A DNA stretch of 64,000 nt from Macrostomum hystrix (Eukaryota; Animalia; Platyhelminthes): the NCBI GenBank assembly GCA_950097015.1, contig CATNEN010000003.1, forward strand, positions 4,030,001-4,094,000, in the 5' to 3' direction. Made by a program: the position numbers and the translations under genes. The notes below the pieces were generated by a model that made no database searches, had not been told where the DNA came from, and saw only the letters and a list, made by a program, of their open reading frames with translations. Shown in pieces: positions 37,801-49,875 of this stretch. Positions within the stretch are counted from its first letter, which is position 1, and every line of letters begins with the position of its first letter.

Positions 37801-40800
37801 CCTTGATACATGCGCCTTGGTGTTCTCCGCACTCGGGTGCACCTCGTCGTGCGCGACCTCCAGGATGCGCCTGCGGAGGATTGTTGGCGGGACCACCCTG
37901 GTGCCATGAATGACTTGTCCGTTCTCCACCGACAGCGCTTCTCGACAGGCTTTATACGGCCGCTCCACCTGCGATACCTGGCCCCAGTGGCCTGTCCGGA
38001 TTCTCTGCTGGAGTCCTTCAGCAGCGAGCACTGCGCAGTCGCCTCCCTGAGCTCCTCCACCGTGACCAGTCCTCCATTGGCAGCTAGCTTAACTCGGTGC
38101 ACCGACTCGCCTGCACAGTCCTGCTGCTCAAAAACCGAGTCTGGACAGAGCGTCAGCGTCCTGCATCCTCCTTCCCGGCACGTATTCGATGTCGTAGTCA
38201 TACGCCGACATCCGAAGTGCCCACCGAGTCAGTCTGGCAGACACAGTCTTGGGCAGATTTTTGCTCGGGTTCAGGATGTACCTTAGGGGTTCGTGGTCGG
38301 TTTGGATAGTGAACTTCTTTCCCAGCAACATCTTCCTGGCTCGCTCCACGGCCCACACAATCGCCAGCGCTTCCCTTTCGATGTTGGAATAATTAGTCTC
38401 CGCCGGCGTGAGCGCTCTTGACATGTACATCACCGGATGTCCCGACTAGACCAGCACCTCGCCGAGGCATCTCTCGCTGGCATCAACTCGAAGGCAGACA
38501 GGCAAGCGGACGTCGAACGGCTTGATGCACGGGTTGGAGGCCAGGCTCCTCTGACCTCAAAAAACGCAGTCTCAGCCGCGGCGCTCCACTCGAAAACTCG
38601 GTCAGCACGACGAAGTTCTTGAAGGGGCCGACATTTCTCAGAAAAGTTCGGAACGAGCCGTCCATAAAACTGAGCTAGTCCAAGGAATCGCTCCAAGTCT
38701 TTCTTGCTTTTCGGTGTCTCAACATCCATCACCCGCTTCACCATGCCTGGGTCGGGCTTGGTTCCCTCCGCGTCAATCATGTGGCCGAGGAACTTCAAAC
38801 TGTTTGCCTCCATGACGCACTTCGCCTCGTTGATCTTCACATTCGCGGCCTTCAGATTCGCCAGCACCTGCTCCCTGATGCTCTGCAGCTCAGCCTGAGT
38901 CACTGCACCAATCAGCACGTCATCCTGATAGACAATGACGCAAGGGTGATCCCCCAGGAGCTTCTCCATCTCTCGTTGAAAAACTGACGGGGACACCTTG
39001 ATACCGTACGGCAGCCTGTGGAACCGGTAGCAGCCGAACGGAGTGTTGATGGTTGTCACGGCTTTCGACTCCTCATTCAGCGGGACCTGGTAGTACGCAT
39101 CCGAGAGATCCAGCTTACTGAAAAGCTTTTTGTTGGCCATCTTGCAGAAAGCTGTCTCATGGACGGCGTGAGATAAGTCTGGTCCTGCACCCACTGATTG
39201 ACTGCTGTGTAGTCTCCACAGATCCTCACGGATGCTCGGTCCGACTTGACCGTCACCACAATCCGGCTGCCCCACTCCGACGACGTCACCCTCTCCACAA
39301 TGCCTGCACTCTCCATCAGGTCCAGCTCCTTCTTAACCAAGTGCTTTAGCGCTAGGGGCAGCTCCCTGGCGGGCTGGAAAATCGGCCTGGCTCCCGCGCG
39401 CAGCCGGATTTCTCCCGTGGCTCCACAGATCCCCAGCAAGCTCTCTGTTGCTGGCTCCGGACGCAGCTGAGCTGGCATGGTGCACTGGGGTGGGTCCCAG
39501 CAGGTCACGTCCGAGCAGGCCGAACTCCTGCAGGCAGTCGATGACGGGCAGCTCCGCCGCCTTGAACTGGCCCTTCTTGCCACTGGTCTCCACCAGGCAC
39601 TCCAGCACGCCCAGCTGCCGCATCAAGTGACCGTCGAAGGCCAGCTTGCGCGACTTCGCCGACTTCAGCGGAGGCCGGCCGAGCTCATCCCAGATTCTTC
39701 GGGAGACCAGCGAGCAGGAGGCGCCGCTGTCCTTCTCCATCTACACGTCCCGGTGGTTGATCCTCACCGTGCAGTACTCGGCTGGCCGTCCTTCTCCGCA
39801 GTAGAACACGGGCTCGTCGCTATTTTCAATCGGCGTGCTGCTCTCTGATCCACTCGGCTCGGCACACGCGAGAGAAATGACCCTGCTTTCCGCACTTGTG
39901 GCAAGTGGCTTGTAGGGCACGGCAGTCGGCAGGCCTCCTGTGTGCTGGCATGCCACAGCGCTGGCAGCTCTTGGACCCGAAGCTCGGCGGTCTCTGCTTC
40001 TCTACTGCGTTCACGCTGGCTGAGCTCTCAGAGTTGCCAGGTTTCGCATCCGCAGCTAGTCCGATGGGCAGCGGGGTGGCTTGGTGCACCGCGGAGTCCG
40101 CTGGCGCCGAGGCCGCAGCCGTCAAGGAAAATGTGCAGACCATCTGCAGCTGCTGCACGTAGTCGGTGATCTGATTAACCGCCAGCTCCTGGGTCACCTC
40201 ACGCTCCAGCACCTTGTTCCTGACTTGCTGGTTGGCCATGCCCGCGATCAGTCGCATCTTGATGAGCTGTTCGGCCGGATCCGCATCCTTACCCTTCAGC
40301 TGGTCAAACTCGCAGACGATGGCTTGCTCCCTCAGGCGGGCAGCGAAGCTGGTGACGGACTCTCCGTCGGCCTGGCGCATCGACATGAACGACGTCCTCT
40401 CGGCAATCAGCAGCTTCTTCTTGGGCTCCAGTTAGAGCAGCAATTTCGCTTTTATATCCGCCCACTTCATCCGTGGGAGGATTTTCGGAGCCACCAGTTG
40501 TTTGACTTTGATGAGCTCCGCCACGCCCAGACTGCCGAGGAACGCATCGGTCAGCTCCAGATTGCCGTCTTCGTCTTCGACTCCCTTCGACCTAGCCTGG
40601 GCGTCAAACACTTCCACCCAGGCGCGGAGCTCTTCAATGCTGTTTAGAGGCAGTGCCTCTCTCAGTTTGATGCTCATTTTGCAATCCTGCTTGCAACGCC
40701 AAATTGTAAGCTGAATAACCCTAAGTCATGTCACGTTAACTGACCAACAAAGTTAAGGGCCAGTGCCAACAACAGCGGTCTATTTATTAGGCACAGACTT

Positions 40801-42111
40801 GTCTATGGAAGTACTTATGCCTCGGTGGTGAGTAAACACTGCTAGAGAGAGAGAGACAGCACACGAGGGATAGGAAGAAAGATATCATAGAATGTAACGA
40901 GGTCTAAACATAAAAGTGCAACCACAAAACCAACAGTTCCCTAAAATAATCATGCGTCGATTCCCATTAATTCCCTAAATTCCCTGAAGCCAGCTTGACC
41001 CGACCGAGACTCGAAGTCAGAGCGAATTCAAACCTCCCAGGAAAATTAAACTGAAAATTGAAAAATCTGAAAAATTTAAAAAGAGTAGAGGGTTCAACGG
41101 TGTAGTTCAGAAATCCCTGAAGAATTTCGGGAAACCGTGTCCGTGACGACACAAAAACGATGTCGCATAGAAAACGATAACAATCAGACGAGACCGAGAA
41201 GTACCCTGGACAAAACCGCTACGAGACAACGACAACACATAAATCGAGCCTTCGCAGTAAGAGCCAGTCTTTACGGCACTGAACGAATAGAAACGGCAGC
41301 CAGAAGCCCCATTATTGGCCTAGAAAAAATGTATTAACTAAAAGATAAGTAAGGGCCCGAGGGGGTAAGAGCTAAATAAAAGAGGCGAAGAAAGAGAGAC
41401 GAACAGCTAGCCAATCAGAGACGAGGGAGAGGAAAGAGAAGTAAGGGTTAACTAAGATATAGAACAGATAGACGGAGAGAGGAGAAAGTACAATAAGAGG
41501 GCACGCGGCGTAAACAAACACAGAAAGAAGCGGAACTTTATATTAGTCTGTTAATAATAATTAGTAAGCAGGCGACGGTGTAAAAACATCAGTCTGCTAA
41601 TATTAGTAAGCAGGCGACGGTGTAAAAACATCCGTCTGCTAAAAGCAGAGCCCCTGTCACTTCCAGGGTCGAGTCCACAGGTGCAAAGTGTGGCTTCCTG
41701 CAACAGTTGATCATCGGACAGCCTGTCCTGACTTTCGCAGACTGCGTCATGCCAGCTAGATTTCTGCTCAGCTTCGACGAGACACCCAGAGCTGATTGGA
41801 GCAGAACGAGTTCAGTCTGCCCGGAAACAAGTCTGCTTGAGACCAGCTGTGAATTGAAACAGCAAGACACACCCATGTGGATTTTCGTACTGTCGGTGTC
41901 ATTTGTTCTCATTTTATTGGTCCTTATTATTTCGTTAATTGTTTTACGACTCAAACGTTCTCATAGTACACGAGCTCCTGAGCAGAGGCGTGCAGAGGCA
42001 TCTAGAGATAGTGAAGGCCGGAATTTAGAATATATTTCCGTTTCCCCTTCTGAGCCAGAATGCCACCGAATCCAGCAGACACACAATCTGCTGAAACCTA
42101 GAATCGGTTGA
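34823..42111 (+). CDS. Paralogue 4 (last exon type B, ITIM-consensus tail) with a 5.8-kb TE-filled intron 5; first exon not resolved
   Basis: Exons 34823-35085, 35168-35243, 35332-35573, 35658-35835, 41667-42111; frame open across all junctions. LEYISV at 42025-42042. Confidence 0.72.
36090..36431. repeat. 14-bp minisatellite (GTCACTGCACTG[G/T]A)
   Basis: About 24 units in intron 5 of paralogue 4. Confidence 0.93.
36627..40838 (-). mobile_element. Gypsy/Ty3 LTR retrotransposon (Mag-like), defective
   Basis: 134-bp TGT...ACA LTR copies at 36627-36760 and 40705-40838 (4 mismatches). PBS-like TGGCGTTGCAAGCAGGATT next to the 5' LTR. Gag with twin Zn knuckles (CQRCG...CHKCGKQGHFSRVC), protease DSGAS, RT YQDD, RNase H (NYSNIEREALA, TDHEPL), integrase HHCC and SDNAPEF/NGQAER. 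Order PR-RT-RH-IN; several stops and frameshifts. Confidence 0.95.
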
Positions 42112-42290
42112 AATGCAGATTCCACTAAAACGCAGATTTTTCTGTAACACAAAATCTGCTGAAACGCAGAATCAGCCGAAATGTACGTAGACTTCACTAA
42201 AATGCATAAACAGCTGACACAAGGTATCCAGTATTGAAAAGTAGAATCGGAGTAGAAAGTGTTGGGTTCCGCATAAACGTAGAATGCACG

Positions 42291-43839
42291 GAGGCAATTG
42301 GAGCAGGTCAAATACTTCAAGCTGAAGAACAGAAGGCTGCAGGAGAGTGAAGCCTGGCAACGTCAACCAGAACAGGCAGCTGATGAGCTCATCAGCTAAC
42401 TAATGGCCGCCAATGGAAGAAGTTTATTACTGCACTGGTGCAATCACAACTGATAACAGCAATAAACTATAAACATTTTTCACTATGTTATTTATCTGTT
42501 TTTATTGTCATTCATTCTTACCTGTTATTCGTTTGACAAATAATGTACAATAAAGTGTGCAATTGCTCATGAGTAAATCATCTAGGCAGCATATTGCATC
42601 ATGATCTGGGCAATTTCCAATCGGCATCTTATGCCGGCCGCCCTGCGTTGATCCGCGGTAGCATCGTTGTGTTCCTCTAACTCCAGAACATCCAAGTCAA
42701 CGTCAACAGCTTCATCTTCTGTTGCACGATCGTTCAGTTCCTTCGCAATGTTGTGTAGCACGCAGCACGCCAAGATGTAAGTTGGCACCCGCTCCAGACT
42801 CACTCTAATCATGTACTGCAGAATGGGAAATCTTCGCTTCAGCTGGCCGAATGCGTTTTCGATTACCACGCGGGCTCTAGAGTGAACTGCATTGAAATTC
42901 CTCTCCAACGGGATGTTTGGATCGCTGAATGGCTTCATCAGAAACGGTGCAATACCATAGCCTTCATCACCAAGCAAGACGATACCCAGGCCACGAGGCG
43001 TCAATGCTTGTAAACTTGCACTGGACGTCGCACGTTGCTTGGACGTTGATGGATGCAAACCCCTTCCGATTGACGTACTCGTTTCCGATCATCCCACCGG
43101 GCTTCTCTATGCGTACGTGGGTGCAGTCAATCGCCCCAATAGCAGCGGGATACTTAAATCGTTCGAACCACTCCTACTTTGCGTCATGAATAGTAATCGG
43201 AGTCTCGGTTGGCCACTTGATCCAGGAGGAGCTTGCATCCGTGCAAACACTTTTCACCACTTCCCATGCAGTCTTCGAAACAGTGTCTGATGAACACCGA
43301 ATTCGCTCGCGATGCCGCTCTGAGATCCAGGATTCGCCAAGTACCTCAGGGTCATTTCCATTCGCTGCATCGATTGTACGGCACCGCCTCGGGTTTCTCT
43401 GCGGTCACCAAGAAATCGCTGCGCTAGAAACTCCACGCTCGCACGCGAAAAGCGAAACAACCTTCTGTATTCATCCTCGCGAAAAGCATGCATCGTACGT
43501 CTCTCCAAGTACACTTTCATTTGGGCAGGTGCCCTTTCTGGAAGAAACTCAGCCATGCTAACAGAGCAGTAGGAAAGTATGATGCTGAATAGGCGCTGAG
43601 CACGCTGCCGACTTGACTCAAGAAAACGCGAGCAAATGCTTCAGACATTTGTCTATGGCCAGAGTTTATTCTTGCTGACGCGAGTCTCTACTCAGTCACA
43701 GAGCAATTGCTCGAGGGGTGAACACAAACTCTTGAGACAATCATGCTGAGCATTTGCTCAGCAGCAAGCACTCACCTTATTCATTCTGAATTGAGAATGT
43801 CGTAGACTTTGAGCAATTGCTCACTTTATTCATACGGCC
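42291..43839 (-). mobile_element. PIF/Harbinger transposon (HARBI1-like DDE transposase), truncated
   Basis: Motifs FRFSR, LRYLA, IGAIDCTHV, YVNRKG..SINVQATCD, LLGDEGY, RVVIENAFGQLKRRF and ACCVLHN. TIR GGCCGTATGAATAAAGTGAGCAATTGCTC ends at 43839. The convergent 3' end of a second ORF (QLEQVKYFKLKNRRLQ) lies at about 42295-42399. Confidence 0.92.
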
Positions 43840-44790
43840 TAGTATCCAGTATTGAAAAGTAGAATCGTTGTAAAAAGTGTTGTATTCCGCATAAACGTAG
43901 AATCCATGGAAATTCACACGTGATTATGCAAATGATTATTTTACCCCGCAGTAACCAATTCTTACCCATGTGATAGACCTTTTTACGAGTACATATAGAG
44001 CTTTTACCTTTAGTTTTTTAGCAAATATATATAGATTGAGCTCATTCTACAATATACAGCATTGCACGCCTACCTCGTATTTTATTAAACATTATTTAGC
44101 ATTATGTAATTTTTAACTCTAAGCAAAAGCCATATTTTTGTCATGATCTCGTAAAATTTATTACAAATCGTCTTTATTTTCGGCCTAACAGATCAGATAA
44201 ACAGGTAGACACTTCCAAAAACTGCATGATCCGCACATATTTGAGTTACATATTTATTTTCCAGTTACTACTTTTATTAGTATAAGTTTTTTACCAATCG
44301 CTATGCGTACAGTGCATGGGGCACGAAATCAGGCTGTCATATCGAAATTTGGCTTTAGGGCAAGTGAGAGTGGATCTGACATCCCCCAGTCCATGGGAAA
44401 AATTATTTTTTTTTATTCCTACACTGCTGCCTTATCGAGCTAATTGGAAAATATCAAAAGTCTGCACTCTTTGATGTACGGAGCAGGGGGTTCTGTATCA
44501 ACCATCTTAGTGACCAATTTTCGTTCAGTTCTTGCTGAAAATGCGGAATCTAAATCTGATGAAGCCCAGATGAACATTTACGCATCCGGACAAGCAAAAC
44601 TTTTTTAAGCAGAACGTTCCTTTTAACCTATTTAAAATACCAGCGTCCAGTTGAAGCGCATGTGGCCTAAATTAATATCTGGACTGTCTAAAGCGCACAT
44701 TTCGTGCCGTGAAAAATGCAACAGAAAAAGTGATACAGCATTATAATCGTAGTTTATACTTTTTGAAATGAGTCAGGCCAGTAGAACTTA

Positions 44791-45030
44791 TGAGAGATAC
44801 AATTCAGACTACTGACAACAGTAGAAAAGCAAAGACTGGCTGCAAAACTCTCACATAACACTAAAAAATATCGCCATGGAAAATGGCAAGGTAAAAAGAG
44901 ACTTCTGAGCACACTAAAAGTGGTGGGAGACGACGGCGTGTGGCTATGGCTGACTGACGAAGGCAAAAAAGCCAGAAACCGGTCTCGGTCTGCCAGCGCG
45001 AGGTTCGTTCCCCACTTTTAGTGTGTTACA
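44791..45030. repeat. 240-bp TG...CA repeat, copy 1 (LTR-like)
   Basis: Direct repeat of 49201-49440; contains internal inverted repeat CACACTAAAAGTGG...CCACTTTTAGTGTG. Confidence 0.7.
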
Positions 45031-45049
45031 GAGCTGATATGAATTAAGA

Positions 45050-45790
45050 ATGACTCAAGTCTGCTATCAACAGTTGACAGTTGGTCAGAATTGGCTCATA
45101 AAACAGCTGACTCACATCTGTTATCAACAGTTGCAGTAGGTCAGCATTAGCTCATAAAACAGCCGACTCACATCTGCTATCACCAGTTGACAGTTGACAG
45201 TAGGTCAGCATTAGCTCATAAAACAGCTGACTCACATCTGTTATCAACAGTTGCAGTAGGTCAGCATTAGCTCATAAAACAGCTGACTCACATCTGCTAT
45301 CACCAGTTGACAGTTGACAGTAGGTCAGCATTAGCTCATAAAACAGCTGACTCACATCTGCTATCACCAGTTGACAGTTGACAGTAGGTCAGCATTAGCT
45401 CATAAAACAGCTGACTCACATCTGCTATCACCAGTTGCAGTAGGTCAGCATTAGCTCATAAAACAGCTGACTCACATCTGCTATCACCAGTTGACAGTTG
45501 ACAGTAGGTCAGAATTAGCTCATAAAACAGCTGACTCACGTCTGCTATCACCAGTTGACAGTAGGTCAGAATTAGCTCATAAAACAGCTGACTCACATCT
45601 GCTATCACCAGTTGACAGTAGGTCAGCATTAGCTCATAAAACAGCTGACTCACATCTGCTATCACCAGTTGACAGTTGACAGTAGGTCAGCATTAGCTCA
45701 TAAAACAGCTGACTCACATCTGCTATCAACAGTTGCAGTTGGTAAGGATTAGCTCATAAAACAGCTGACTCACATCCGTTTTCACCTGTT
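45050..45790. repeat. 56-64-bp minisatellite (TAGGTCAGCATTAGCTCATAAAACAGCTGACTCACATCTGCTATCACCAGTTGACAG)
   Basis: About 12 units with variable TTGACAG duplication. Confidence 0.93.
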
Positions 45791-46179
45791 AGATGCATAT
45801 TATCCATGTACATTTTTACTAAATGTACACCGTGCCTAAATATACTGCTGGATTGTCTAAAGTACATATTTAATGCAGCGATAGAATTCATCAAAACAAA
45901 GAAACATTTGGTCTTCAGCTGCTGCTTGATATTCTTTATATTTTTAGAAAGTAAGCTGGTATGAATTGAGAAGTCTCTCTAAACGGTGGCTGTACTCATA
46001 AATCTCGCTCTTCTTTCGTCCCAATTTTGTCTCTCTGACAAGGTACGAAAAATTTTATACTTAATTCGAATATGAAATCCCTAAATAGAATGGGAAAATA
46101 ATAGAAATATTGTGCGGTGACGCTTATACAACGCGATAGTGCATGCAAAGTGCAAGAACTATTTCGCTTTGATCTCAAA

Positions 46180-48882
46180 ATGAATATTTTGCGCCACATG
46201 GCAGTAAATTTCCTTCTTGGTAAGCAGCCCAGAAAAGCAGCATTTCTGATTAATATTTTGCAAGCTACTTAATTTGTTATTTTGACTTCTTCGCTCTGTG
46301 CATGCTGCACTGGGTACAAACGGAGGTACTCAGGCACAGATGGCGAAAATGGCTCAAGCCTATTGCTGAGTGAGTCGGACTCATGACTTGAAGACCTGGG
46401 GTTCGATTCGCGACTCTACTAGAAAAAATTTGTGTCCAGTTAGGAAGACACTTAAATGTGCATTAATTTAGTTCACTCGGCTGCTACAAAGGTATACCAG
46501 CTTGCCAAATATTTGTTCATCCAATTTTGCACTTAAACTCTGAGTACACATGTAGGTGACGGTGCCTATTTTTAGAAAAATAGTGGTGCAGTGAAAAAGA
46601 TGCTTACTTAAAGCTTCTCAGCACTACTGCAAGGGAAAGTAATTAATGTGCGAGACCATCTCAATCTGGAACTTCAGCACTTTGTGTGCATCTCTCGCGT
46701 AGGGGCAGCGTATATATATATAGACATTAGCATCAGCAACTAACCCCCACCCCAAGATTGACGGCACATAGAAGGTTTGCGGCAGACAGTAAACCCAGCA
46801 GCCAATCTAAAGGGGCCAAGTGCGCTTGCACTCTAGGCGGCACGCATGCGGAACACATCCGAGCGTACTATAGCCATTATAATGTACAATCCTAACAATA
46901 ATAGTATCTATTATTATAAAGTAATTATTATGACTATTTTATCATTCGAAAACAGCTAAATATGGTACAATTGTACAACTGTGAACTGTACACGAACAGA
47001 GTTTGACGCAAATTATAATTGCGTGGATTGTCTGCAAAAAGTTTCAACTGGGACACTAGTTTATGGCGAAAACAATTACACTGGTGCTATACTGTATTCT
47101 GAGACGCTTGCAGCCTCTTTCTGCTGATTAAACATCAAGGAGCTGTTTGCACTATTTGATGTACCTGAACCGAAATTACAGCCACAAATACCAGTTTTTA
47201 TCTTTGAAACTAAAGACGATGCTGCCGACAATTACAGAACTACAATAAATATAGTACGTTCTGTCTACACACTTGCAAAAAGTTTAGATCAATTTCGTGA
47301 AAATGCTCACCACATTTCCTTCAGTGAAATTGGACCTCGCTCAAGTGGCGCAACTTGCTCATTAACTGCAGGCATGCTACAGACTCGACTGCTGATTGTT
47401 ACGTTATTCGTTTCTCAATCCGAGGCTGCGAACCACTACTGCATCCAGGACAGCACGAAGGTCTTCTCCATGAACGCTGACTCAGACCAGACTGAGACAC
47501 TGTTGACCAGCCACAGAGATATGGAGCTCCACGTGCCACGGCAGCGCTGCTTCTGGGAGGTGATGCTCCGCCGCATGACGGAGCCGCTGCAGCTGGTGCT
47601 GAGCCTGCGCCGAGGCCGACTGTGGCAGGAGGCAGCGAACGGGACCGGCTGCCCGTCGGAGCTGAGTGTGGCTCTGCAGGGTGAGCGGACTGTTGCACGA
47701 CTATGTCCTTCACCATTGAATGAGCAAATCAGTCACGCAAAGCAGATCCCTCCTCACTCCAGGATCTGGATTCCACAGAGAGTGGAGAGACGGCTCATCG
47801 TTACCGAAGGCCCCTCTGATTGTGCCAGTGTATGAAAGGTGAGCTCGATACTCTCAGTGTTTCTAGAATATCAAGTCGCACACGAGAGATTCGCGAGTCA
47901 TTGAGAATGCACCGAACTGGCTGCAGCTCGCAGCAGCTCATCGTCAGGTTCTCGACCGGAGATCTCCAGCCTGAGGCGGTCTGCGGTCGCATCGAGCTGA
48001 CCATCGGCGTCGCCAAGAAGGGATTCTGCGGCAGGAACATGCTGCTGCATCGACGTCGCTGCCACTTTATCTCCGACGAGAAGCTGGAGCTGTCAGACCT
48101 GACTGGGACTGGAGCTGAGCTCGCTGGCATCTCCGGCATTGAGCAGCTGCGAGACCTTCTGAGCGACAGTGAGAGCTGAGTCATTGACTTTTGTGAGATT
48201 GCCTAAAGTGATTGAAGCAAACTCAGTCCTGATGTTTTCTGTGACCAAATCATTTTAGATGAGCAGAGAAAATTAGAATATCCTTACAAAGAGCCTCTTG
48301 ACCTGAGCAACATCCCTCTGAGAGTTGGGGTGTTTGAATGCGCCAGCTCTGGCATCCTGGAATTTGGGAACTTCGGCAGTGGCTCCTGCATGATGCTACC
48401 GTTCAACTCAACGGGATTTTACTTGGCAAAAAGTACTAAAAGTGTGGAAGCCAGGTAAAACTTTGCTAGTCGGTGCAGTGAATTATTCTGTTTAGTGGAC
48501 TTTTCGCACACAATAAACAGATAGTGTTTGCATCTCCATTGCATCTTTAATGAACAGCAGCATAAAAGCTCCAAGTTTCAAGCGCCAATGCGGTGTTTTG
48601 CGGCTTGCTCAGAGTGGAAAGCGTCTGTTGGAACTGGGCCATTGTGGAATCAAGGTGCGGTCACTACTGTGCTTCAGTGAAGTCCCGGTAATTTTAGACA
48701 ATAGCAATGGGGTCTCGTGTGGGATCTGTTCAGTTTTATCCAATGAGGTGACCACGGATGGAAAAGCAGCAAAGATCATTTTGTCGATTGTTATAACATT
48801 GACTCTTGTTATATTGTTTGTTTTTTGGCGTTCTGGCCGTTACAATAAGTTACGCCGAAATATCGCGTTTAAACGCTTGTGA
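46180..48882 (+). CDS. Paralogue 5 (last exon type C)
   Basis: Exons 46180-46219 (tentative; ATG 47374 could be the start instead), 47372-47680 (contains signal-like MLQTRLLIVTLFVSQSEA), 47763-47838, 47927-48168, 48259-48454, 48558-48882; 395 aa open. TM IILSIVITLTLVILFVFW; tail RSGRYNKLRRNIAFKRL. Confidence 0.8.
46340..46506 (+). mobile_element. tRNA-derived SINE, family 2
   Basis: TGGCTCAAG (A-box-like), GGGTTCGATTC (B box), then GTGTCC...AAGACACTTAA and TTTAGTTCACTCGGCTG...GGTATACCAG. Confidence 0.6.
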
Positions 48883-49200
48883 CGATCCGAGGTGACAAGC
48901 AGTTGTGACACTTCAAATGTACGACACGCCATGTAATTTTTCTGCTTTCAGTGACTGAAGAGCGTGAATTTTAGCAAGTTCAGCCTTCCTCCGTCCACAG
49001 AGCTCCCTGAGAGAGATGGAGGTGTTCTTCGCACCTCAGAGATTTTAAGGTTTTTATGATTTTCAATGACTGCGCTGTTTTTTTAAAGATATTTGATAGT
49101 GTATTTCGAAAAATACTTGAATACTCATTCTGTCAGTCTTTTCGTCTCTTTTTTTGAAGCAACTTTTCATGCCCAAAATTTTACATTTACGTCATTTATG

Positions 49201-49440
49201 TGAGGGATACAATTCAGGCTACTGACAACAGTAGAAAAGCAAAGACTTGGCTGCAAAACTCTCACATAACGCTGGAAAGTATCGCCATAAAAATGGCAAG
49301 CTTGGAGGGGACTTCTGTGCACACTAAGAGTGGTGGGAGGGGACTGCGTGTGGCTATGGCTGACTGACGAAGGCAAACAAGCCAGAAACCGGTCTCGGTC
49401 TGCCAGCGCGAGGTTCGTTCCCCACTTTTAGTGTGTTACA
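49201..49440. repeat. 240-bp TG...CA repeat, copy 2 (LTR-like)
   Basis: Direct repeat of 44791-45030. Confidence 0.7.
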
Positions 49441-49608
49441 ATTAATAATCGACTTGTATAAAATAAAATCGAAAAATTGCAACTGAGACGCATGTATGTC
49501 TGTATCGTGTATCAACATGACTGGACTTAGCTGCAGGGCGGTTGTAGACGCAGTGCGTAGACTCAGGCATTTAGCTCATCCCAGCTTCAGCCGATAGTCC
49601 GGGGGCAG

Positions 49609-49875
49609 TCAGGGAGATCCGCAGCCGGTTTGATGGAGGTTAATCTGACAATTAGTGACGGCTTTGGTGATAGGGGCCGGGTGTTCGGGCCTGGCGCAGC
49701 TCGCAGCGGTCAGCGAGCTCGAAGCTGACCGTCTCCTGTTGCCCATGAAGGTGCGCCTTGGCGGAGCGGTAGCGCTCCAAGGCTTTGTCGGCGTCTGACG
49801 GGCCGGCAGTTTTGGTGGCGGGGCCGGTGTGGCGATGGGGGCGTCGGTTCCTGAAATCCCAGACGCGGTCTTCTG
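49609..49875 (-). mobile_element. Possible LINE ORF1/ORF2 junction fragment
   Basis: GC-rich island; minus frame reads CQINLH, resembling the start of an AP-endonuclease domain. Confidence 0.3.

Noticed and set aside
37126-40677. Active or domesticated Gypsy gag-pol
   Set aside because: Multiple in-frame stops and frameshifts and a truncated integrase; the mariner, Tc1, MULE, Harbinger and BEL coding regions are likewise disrupted.
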